The notes below the pieces were generated by a model that did no database searches, had not been told where the DNA came from, and saw only the letters and a list, made by a program, of their open reading frames with translations. DNA of 32,000 bases from Synechocystis sp. PCC 6803 substr. PCC-P (lineage in GTDB: Bacteria; Cyanobacteriota; Cyanobacteriia; Cyanobacteriales; Microcystaceae). The DNA is taken from positions 1-32,000 of the forward strand of contig NC_017039.1 of NCBI RefSeq assembly GCF_000284455.1, written 5' to 3'. Numbering within the stretch: position 1 is the stretch's first letter; every line of letters begins with the position of its first letter. Positions 21,838 to 29,097 of this stretch are shown here, piece after piece. The position numbers and the translations under genes were made by a program.

Positions 21838-23121
21838 CTAATCATCCCCACGTTGATAAATCAATAGACCCCATAGCCCCAATAGAAATGCGAGCACTCC
21901 ACAGTTCACCATTAAGAATGCCATGCCGCTGCCTGGGGGAGGTCCAAAAATTTCATTGATAGGTAGGATTAAAAAGTTACTCAAGTGAGTCAGCATTACC
22001 GATATCTGATTAGCTAAAATTCCTGCGGCCAATCCAGATAAACTACTGATAACAGTGCCGATCAAATAATCTGCAGCCAATACTCGGCCTTGTATTTCCC
22101 GTGCAACTTTCTCATACCAAATTGCTGTATATGAACTGGTGATTAAGGGACTTGGTAGTGATGCACCAACGTTAGCTAGTAGCCAAAATTTTGGTTGGGC
22201 AATCAGTCCCATGGCCAATCGACTGAATCCATTGATTATAAAGCCAATAAAAATACCAGTTGTTCTTCTTTTGAAGCCTCCCCAAATACTACAAATAGTT
22301 CCTCCAACAATACCCCCCACTCCTCCGATGGCCACAATAATCCCTAAAATCTCAGTGTTTCCTCCAGTTTTTGCTAGAATCATAGGCTGGTAAATTACTT
22401 CAGTGATTCCTTCTACAAAGCTAAACAATGAAAAAATGATCAATATCTTTGATAAATTTGGATGGTTATAGATATATTTAAGTCCAAAAAATATATCGTC
22501 AACAAAATTTTCTTTCAATCGTACAACAAATAAAGTTTGGTTGGTGATTTTAGGAGATTTAATTCCGAATGCTATTGGTAGAATCAAGATCGTTATAGCG
22601 GCGATCATGAACGTTGTCATGTCAATTATTGTGATGCCAGTTAGCCCCATCACAGGAAATAAGATTCCAGCCAAAGCGGGGGCAACAATTCCGGCGCTAT
22701 ATGCAGTAATGGCTCCCATACTACTAGCACGAGCATGGTGTTGATAAGGAACAATTAAAGGGACCAGGGTAATATAACTAAGGGTTTGAATGTTACCAAA
22801 ACAACCAATAATAGATGCAATCAGATATATATACTTAACATTAAGAATCTGTAAAAAAGCTAGGATTCCCACAGAAAATGTACATACAGCAGAGCCGATA
22901 TCGCTAACAATTAGCAATTTTTTGTGAGAAAAATAATCAGTAAGGATACCAGATAAAGGTGTAATGATAATTTGCGGGAGCTGATAAAAAACTAAAATCA
23001 AAGCCACTGACATAGCAGAATTTGTCTTTTGCCATATCCATATAGTCAGAGAAAAATAAGTCATACCGCTACCAATAGACGACAGAGCCTGTCCCAAGCA
23101 AAGAGTGACAAAGGTCTTCAT
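21838..23121 (-). CDS. MFS transporter (EntS/macrolide-efflux-like annotation; transport direction unresolved)
   Basis: 427 aa with about 12 hydrophobic segments and a central hydrophilic loop around residues 185-225. AT-rich codon usage. It starts 17 nt after the upstream gene's stop. Recalled as sll1204. Confidence 0.88.
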   Translation of the reverse strand: MKTFVTLCLGQALSSIGSGMTYFSLTIWIWQKTNSAMSVALILVFYQLPQIIITPLSGILTDYFSHKKLLIVSDIGSAVCTFSVGILAFLQILNVKYIYLIASIIGCFGNIQTLSYITLVPLIVPYQHHARASSMGAITAYSAGIVAPALAGILFPVMGLTGITIIDMTTFMIAAITILILPIAFGIKSPKITNQTLFVVRLKENFVDDIFFGLKYIYNHPNLSKILIIFSLFSFVEGITEVIYQPMILAKTGGNTEILGIIVAIGGVGGIVGGTICSIWGGFKRRTTGIFIGFIINGFSRLAMGLIAQPKFWLLANVGASLPSPLITSSYTAIWYEKVAREIQGRVLAADYLIGTVISSLSGLAAGILANQISVMLTHLSNFLILPINEIFGPPPGSGMAFLMVNCGVLAFLLGLWGLLIYQRGDD

Positions 23122-23138
23122 TTATTTTTGTAAATTAA

Positions 23139-24104
23139 TTATTTATCAATTTCTTTTAAGTAGCTGACACTATACTGCTTGACAGAAATAAGTTCATCTC
23201 CTGAATTTCTAGCAGTCATCACTGACCCATTGACTTCAACTCTTGCAAAATAAGCTCCTTTAACTTTATCGGGAGAAATAAAATCAAATTGAACCTCTAC
23301 CCAATTGGGATCATGCTGATTATCATCCATGTTCAATATTTGAGCTGATTTTTGATAATTTAACCATTGCCAACCTCGTTGAGTCCAAATTTCACGCTCA
23401 ACAATCTGGGCAAATTTTGTTACGCCTACCCAACCTCGATAAAATTTATAAAGTTGTTTAACTTGACCTTCTTGCCTTACCAGATTATCTAAAACTTCAG
23501 ACTCAAGATGTCCCCAAACTTGCCCATTTGGAAAATCAATTAAAGTCGGAGCAAACTGATGTCCCCCAAAATGAGAGCAGCGCCATATTCTTAAATTTTT
23601 TGATGCATATTTTTGTCGTAATTGTTTATAAATAGGATAACCAAATCTCGAACAAGCCACATCAATGTTTCCATGAGTACATACCATCATATCTCGATCA
23701 ACAACATCTGACAGTTTATAGTTACGAAAATTTTCTAACTCTGGAGATTGATAACATAAATTTTTGATAAGATCCCACCTTTGATCATCAGGAACTAAAT
23801 ATTCTTCTTTTATAAAACTGGAAAAGAGCAAATTAAACTTTTGGTAGTGAATAATACGACTAAATCCTGATTGAGAATACTCGTGATCTGAGGCGATCGC
23901 CATTGGAGATACTTTAACTCCTTGATCAGAAAGTTGATGAAAAAGATCATGAATTGGTTTAAGAATGGGGTCATGATGAAAGCGTTCCTCTGTCCAAGGT
24001 TGGGGTAATTCCATAATTAACCAACGATCACTTGAATTTGCTGTGCCGATAGGATCTTCCCCGTTAGATTTGGAAATAACGGAACAAAATTGACAATTAA
24101 TCAT
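23139..24104 (-). CDS. Sucrase/ferredoxin-like (thioredoxin-like, putative [2Fe-2S]) protein
   Basis: 321 aa with no signal peptide. The N-terminal block CQFC...IGTANSSDRWLIMELPQPW is present, as are C-X8-C (VCTHGNIDVAC, residues 142-151) and H-X3-H (SHFGGH, residues 178-182). The start overlaps the upstream stop (ATGA 24101-24104). Recalled as sll1203. Confidence 0.8.
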   Translation of the reverse strand: MINCQFCSVISKSNGEDPIGTANSSDRWLIMELPQPWTEERFHHDPILKPIHDLFHQLSDQGVKVSPMAIASDHEYSQSGFSRIIHYQKFNLLFSSFIKEEYLVPDDQRWDLIKNLCYQSPELENFRNYKLSDVVDRDMMVCTHGNIDVACSRFGYPIYKQLRQKYASKNLRIWRCSHFGGHQFAPTLIDFPNGQVWGHLESEVLDNLVRQEGQVKQLYKFYRGWVGVTKFAQIVEREIWTQRGWQWLNYQKSAQILNMDDNQHDPNWVEVQFDFISPDKVKGAYFARVEVNGSVMTARNSGDELISVKQYSVSYLKEIDK

Positions 24105-25144
24105 GGTTTTTGATTGGTTAAGAGTTGTTTTTTTAATTCATTAAGATAAAGTTTTGTACCGAAAAAACCTGGTAAACCCGTGCATAGATAAGTTGGAATA
24201 TAATAAACACGATTTTCTCGACTTGCTTTCATTGATTGTGTTATTGCATTTTCTGACCACTGTTGTTGTAAATTAGATAATTGATGCTCAGTAAAATTTT
24301 GTCTACTTTTTGATTTATTGAATTCTTGAAAATTATAACCTAAGATAATAATTGAATTGGCATTATTTAACTTAGGAAGAGATTCTAAAGAAAGGGGCAG
24401 TCTTGAATTTGTAGATGTACCTGCTCCTGGTAAAGAAACTAATTCAAATCCCAATTCTTCAATTAGAGAGCTACAAAGATCTTCATTATTGGCAATAGAC
24501 AATTCCTGTAAATTTTGAGCATGAAGTAGAAGCATTTTGGGGTATCCTGCAACAATTTTGGAAAATTCCTGCTTTGCTTTTTCAATTTCTTGCTGAGTTT
24601 CTTGTAAAAGTTGTTCGACTTTTTCTTCTTGCTTAACAGCCTGGGCAATCTTCTCTAGATTTTCAGTAGGTTCATTCCAAGATAACATTAAGGTAGGTGC
24701 AAGTTGAGAAAATTTTTGATATTCATTTTTATTATGATCAGGACTCAAAATTAAATCAGGTTTTGCTTTAAAAATTCCTTCTAACGAAGGCATGTAAGCA
24801 ATTCCTACATTGGCAATGGGTTTATTAATATATTGTCCCAAATAAGGAATTTGCTCGGTAGGATGATCATAATCTTCTTTATGAAAAGCAATGTGATCTG
24901 CATAGGCAATAGGTTGAATGTTTAACGCTAGTAAAGGTTCTAATAAATAGGGACCAAGTACAACAACTCTTTGAGGAATTCCACAGATTTCAGTTTCTCC
25001 CATTTTATGCTCAATTATCCGGCAACCTTTTTTATCTGATTGTTGTAGATGTGAAGATCGATCTATGTTTGTATTACAAGAAGTCAAAAGAGACGTCATA
25101 AAAATCATGAGAGTAGAAAAGTAATTTATCTTATATTTTTTCAT
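24101..25144 (-). CDS. Periplasmic siderophore-binding lipoprotein (FecB/FhuD-like)
   Basis: 347 aa with a signal peptide and lipobox (MIFMTSLLTSCNT). It has PBP class-III features (RVVVLGPYLLEPLLALNIQPIAYA; KPDLILS) and is paralogous to fecB at 16740-17687. Recalled as sll1202. Confidence 0.88.
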   Translation of the reverse strand: MKKYKINYFSTLMIFMTSLLTSCNTNIDRSSHLQQSDKKGCRIIEHKMGETEICGIPQRVVVLGPYLLEPLLALNIQPIAYADHIAFHKEDYDHPTEQIPYLGQYINKPIANVGIAYMPSLEGIFKAKPDLILSPDHNKNEYQKFSQLAPTLMLSWNEPTENLEKIAQAVKQEEKVEQLLQETQQEIEKAKQEFSKIVAGYPKMLLLHAQNLQELSIANNEDLCSSLIEELGFELVSLPGAGTSTNSRLPLSLESLPKLNNANSIIILGYNFQEFNKSKSRQNFTEHQLSNLQQQWSENAITQSMKASRENRVYYIPTYLCTGLPGFFGTKLYLNELKKQLLTNQKP

Positions 25145-25265
25145 ACAATAATTTAAATATGTAAGTATAAATAGCTCTCCTCTGCTTTTTGACTGGAGCT
25201 AAAGAAGAGCAGATTTTTTTGAACTTCCTAAATCATTAAAAAAACAGCAAGTAACTTTTAATGAT

Positions 25266-27839
25266 TTAAAACTGAACCGAAAATGAGCCAATAATAATAA
25301 ATGGTTCACCAGGTTCAATTCCTGTTTGGTTACCACTGACTGCTCGGACGTAGTTAGCATTAGTAAAATTCCTCAAGTTTAGGGCAACTCGATATTTATC
25401 TCGTTGGTAAAAAATCGCTGCGTTTCCGATGATATAATCCCCCACTGTGTAGGTATTAGCTAAATCACCAAAACGATCGCCAACGTAATTAAAGCCAATT
25501 CCAAACCCTAGTCCTTGTAATGCCCCCGATTGAATTTCATAGGTCGTCCATAAATTCGCCATATTATAGGGAATACCAAATAGGCGGTTATCGACAAAAT
25601 TAGGATCTGTATCCTCGGTGACTTTTGCATTGATATAAGAATAGTTACCAATAATTTTCCAGCCGGGTAAAATTTCTCCCACAATATCTAGTTCAATGCC
25701 TTGGCTTTGTTGTGTTCCAATGGTAGATAAAAATAGGGGATTAACTGGATCGCTAACCGCTACATTATTTTTACTAATATTAAAATAAGTTAAGGTTGTG
25801 AGAAGTTGTTGCTCAAATAGTTCCGCTTTAACGCCAATTTCAAAACCTTCTCCCCGTTCTGGTTCTAGGGGATTGCCACTGATATCTATTCCACTATTGG
25901 GAGTGAAAGATTGGGAATAGTTGCTAAAGAAGCTAATTTCCGGAATTGGACGATATAGTAGGCCTATCCTTGGTGTAACTGCACTATCTGTTTGTTGTGT
26001 ATTTCCCCCTTGGTTAAAATCAGTTTGTAAATTATTTGTGTTTTGAGTGATAGTATCGTAACGAAGTCCTGCAACTAAAATTAGATTTTCTAATAAAGAA
26101 ACTTGATCCTGTAGATAAATTCCCAAACGATTGGAACTGGTAAAAGTATCGCCAAAAAGAGGTAAATCAGAGCGATTAGGTTTGGGAATTGCATTATAAT
26201 CGGGATCAAATACGTTAATTGACGTCGGACCACCAAAAAGCGTTAAAATACTCTCTTCAGACCAGTTATAATCAATTCCAGCTAAGAGCTCATGTTTAAC
26301 TGAGCCTGTAGAAAATTTACCGACAGCATTGGTATAGAAAGAATAGGAGCCCTGTTGTCCGTCCTGGTCAGCAAAGAAGCGGGTAACCGTTGGCCCATTC
26401 ACAATAGTAGGAAGAGCAATGACGTTATAGTCATAGTTGTAGCTCATATAGCGAAAAGCATTGCGTAACTTCCAATTTTCATTGAAGCGATGCTCTAGAT
26501 TATATCCAGCGCTAATAAAGTTTTTGTTAACAATATCACTGGGATCATTAATTACCCGCGAGCGGGGTACTGGTGCAACCCCATCTCCGAAGCTACTCAA
26601 GCCAAAGTCAGCAGGATTCGTGTCATTAATATATTCAACAGCTAAACTTAAATCTGTGTCGTCAGTGATAGCATAGGTGACAATGGGAGCGTAGGCAAAT
26701 CGTTCTAACGGTTGATTAAAGTCGCGAAAACTCGCTTCATTACTATAAACGCCGTTTAATCGATAACGTAAATTCCCACTGGGATTTAAACCACCTGAAA
26801 TATCAAAACGGGGACGAACTAATCCTTGATTACCTAATTGCACTTCGACTTCAGCAAACGGTTCATTAAGTGGTTTTTTCGAGTTTAAATTAATTACACC
26901 TCCGGGTTCAATTTGGCCATATAAAATAGAAGAAGGACCTTTGAGCACTTCCACCTGTTGTAGGTGAGAAACTTCCGTAATCCCTTGAAACCCTCCATAA
27001 AGTCGAAAACCATCCCTAAGAATAGGAACCGTATCACTAAATTGATTGCCAAATCCTCGAATACCAAAGATAGTTTCTCTTCCCCCTGTAGTACCGCCAA
27101 AAGTCACACTGCTAACATTTGTCAACACATCTTCGAGGGTGATGGCTTGTTGGGAACGAATTACTTCTTCTGAAACAACCTGTGCAGAAAAAGGCGTATC
27201 CATAATGGGAGTGTCAGTCCCCGTGGCAACCGAAGTGTTGGGAACGAAAAATTCTTGGACTGCTGCTTCTTCTTCTCGGGTAGCAACAATTTCGATTTCT
27301 TCTTCCGATTCCACTGTGTTAATTGGAGGCGTTAGGCTCAAAATTAAATTTTCGGATGATGGTATCACCTGAGCGGCGGGAACAGTACCATTGCCAGTTA
27401 CGGTAATGCGTAGTGAATTTGAACTTGTCTGTACGGCGGTTATTTGACTAATTTGCTCACTGGGATTCTCAACTATAAAATTTTCCCCATCTGGTAGCCT
27501 TAAAACTGCGTCTAAAATATCGATGATGAGAATATTGTCCTCACTAATAATTAAGGGTATTAGCTGGGATTGATCGGCCGTTTTTAAAATTAATTCAATG
27601 CCAGTTTGCGTATCTTTAAGTTCAATTTGGATAACTTCTTTAATTTGAGCTTGGGATATTTGCTGTTGCCAATTTTCTATCTTTACATTTGCCTTATATT
27701 CATTCTGTAACTCCTGATCTTCTAATTTTTCTTTTTCAGATAAATTACTTTCCCCTACTGATCCTAGGGCAACACCAGAATGTAAGGCCGTCAAACCAAT
27801 CAAAACGGCGAGCGAAGTCTGTTCCAAAATTTTGATCAT
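25266..27839 (-). CDS. TonB-dependent siderophore receptor (FhuA-like) with N-terminal extension
   Basis: Contains a plug (EIEIVATREEE...; VEVLKGPSSILYGQIEPGGVINLNSKKP), a barrel and a terminal ...GSFSVQF. I place the start at ATG 27839 (MIKILEQTSLAVLIGLTALHSGVALG), preceded by GGGGAG. The ORF-track start is GTG 27857. Recalled as sll1409. Confidence 0.9.
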   Translation of the reverse strand: MIKILEQTSLAVLIGLTALHSGVALGSVGESNLSEKEKLEDQELQNEYKANVKIENWQQQISQAQIKEVIQIELKDTQTGIELILKTADQSQLIPLIISEDNILIIDILDAVLRLPDGENFIVENPSEQISQITAVQTSSNSLRITVTGNGTVPAAQVIPSSENLILSLTPPINTVESEEEIEIVATREEEAAVQEFFVPNTSVATGTDTPIMDTPFSAQVVSEEVIRSQQAITLEDVLTNVSSVTFGGTTGGRETIFGIRGFGNQFSDTVPILRDGFRLYGGFQGITEVSHLQQVEVLKGPSSILYGQIEPGGVINLNSKKPLNEPFAEVEVQLGNQGLVRPRFDISGGLNPSGNLRYRLNGVYSNEASFRDFNQPLERFAYAPIVTYAITDDTDLSLAVEYINDTNPADFGLSSFGDGVAPVPRSRVINDPSDIVNKNFISAGYNLEHRFNENWKLRNAFRYMSYNYDYNVIALPTIVNGPTVTRFFADQDGQQGSYSFYTNAVGKFSTGSVKHELLAGIDYNWSEESILTLFGGPTSINVFDPDYNAIPKPNRSDLPLFGDTFTSSNRLGIYLQDQVSLLENLILVAGLRYDTITQNTNNLQTDFNQGGNTQQTDSAVTPRIGLLYRPIPEISFFSNYSQSFTPNSGIDISGNPLEPERGEGFEIGVKAELFEQQLLTTLTYFNISKNNVAVSDPVNPLFLSTIGTQQSQGIELDIVGEILPGWKIIGNYSYINAKVTEDTDPNFVDNRLFGIPYNMANLWTTYEIQSGALQGLGFGIGFNYVGDRFGDLANTYTVGDYIIGNAAIFYQRDKYRVALNLRNFTNANYVRAVSGNQTGIEPGEPFIIIGSFSVQF

Positions 27840-27905
27840 TTTTTGTGCTCCCCACACTTACTGATAATTAATGGATATATTCTAGGGGAAAGCCAAAATG
27901 TATTT

Positions 27906-27947
27906 CTTTGTAGGACGGACTTTTTTCTTTGTGAAACGGACTTTTTA
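27906..27947 (-). promoter_or_regulatory. Perfectly tandem 21-bp direct repeat (17/21 identical), candidate PcrR operator of the receptor promoter
   Basis: Plus strand reads CTTTGTAGGACGGACTTTTTT (27906-27926) / CTTTGTGAAACGGACTTTTTA (27927-27947). The repeat lies between the AraC gene stop (27990) and the receptor ATG (27839). A possible -10 TAGAAT (27884-27879, minus strand) puts the proximal repeat against the -35 position. Confidence 0.5.
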
Positions 27948-27989
27948 GATCATAACTTTTCTTCTGTCAGAATGAAAAACTGCTTACTA

Positions 27990-29030
27990 CTATTTGTAGA
28001 AAATTGTCTTTTGATGGGTTTTGGGGCTAACTCCAAATTTTCGTCTAAATGCCATGCAAAAAGCTTCTGGATTGGTATATCCTACCCTTTGTGCTACCTG
28101 GGCCACGGATAAGTTATTATCTGCTAATAATTGCTGAGCCTGTTGCATGCGATAATTATACAGATAACCAAATACGGTCGTGCCAAATAGTTGACGAAAG
28201 CCTTGTTTTAGCTTACGCTCATTTAAGCTAACTTGTCGAGATAACTGTGCCAAGGAAGGAGGATCAAGTACTTGTTTGACCAAGATTTCCTGTGCATATT
28301 TCACTCTTTCTAAATCGTCTTTTTTTAATTGAGATGCTTTTTTTTCTGATTTAGTAGCATCCATACAATTAAATTGCCAGGCAAATAATTCTAAAGCCTT
28401 ACTTTCTAAATAAATTTGTTTAATTATGCCTTGATAGGGACATTGATAAATTTGCTGTAATATCTCAGTGACTTTAAGTGTGTTTTTACCTAGTGATAAG
28501 TGGAACTTTAAATCACGATCGCCTGTGATTAATTGGTTAATTAAGCTAGGAGCAAAGTTTTCACTTTGATAAAAACAACTGAAATAATCAACAGGAGCAT
28601 AAACACTAACTAATTTTATTTCAGTATCACATGGCCATTGCTCGAGTTCTGATAAATTAGGTAAATGATAAAGATAATTTCTGCCCGCTAATTCTGTATA
28701 TTTTGGCTCAATTTCTTTAGTTTTAAATGTTTCTACTACTGAATTTCCTGTAAGATAAAAGTGAGCAACTAGAGGAAAATTCTTCTTATGATTCCTCTTT
28801 AAGTACATAACTTCGGCAAGTTGTACCTGAATAATTTCAATTGTTAAGCCGTCCCTCAACTGGATAGATCGATTATACCCTTTACCCAGTCTTTGCGGTA
28901 AATTTATTATGGTTTCATTGTCTTGAAAATGTACTGTAAATTCATCAAAATCAACAATTTGTCTTGAAGTAGTTGGTTGATTTGGTAAAACAATCGTGGT
29001 GTTGGGATCAAATACATTAACATCTTTCAT
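27990..29030 (-). CDS. pcrR: AraC-family transcriptional regulator, PchR/PcrR-like
   Basis: 346 aa with a C-terminal double HTH (LAQLSRQVSLNERKLKQGFRQLFGTTVFGYL...AQVAQRVGYTNPEAFCMAFRRKFGVSPK). It is colinear with the regulator at 20615-21595 but in much more AT-rich DNA. Recalled as sll1408. Confidence 0.9.
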   Translation of the reverse strand: MKDVNVFDPNTTIVLPNQPTTSRQIVDFDEFTVHFQDNETIINLPQRLGKGYNRSIQLRDGLTIEIIQVQLAEVMYLKRNHKKNFPLVAHFYLTGNSVVETFKTKEIEPKYTELAGRNYLYHLPNLSELEQWPCDTEIKLVSVYAPVDYFSCFYQSENFAPSLINQLITGDRDLKFHLSLGKNTLKVTEILQQIYQCPYQGIIKQIYLESKALELFAWQFNCMDATKSEKKASQLKKDDLERVKYAQEILVKQVLDPPSLAQLSRQVSLNERKLKQGFRQLFGTTVFGYLYNYRMQQAQQLLADNNLSVAQVAQRVGYTNPEAFCMAFRRKFGVSPKTHQKTIFYK

Positions 29031-29097
29031 TTTTGCTTCGGGGTTTTATGAAATTTATCAAAAAGATACTCTGAAGGTAATACCGAAATTAAAATCA

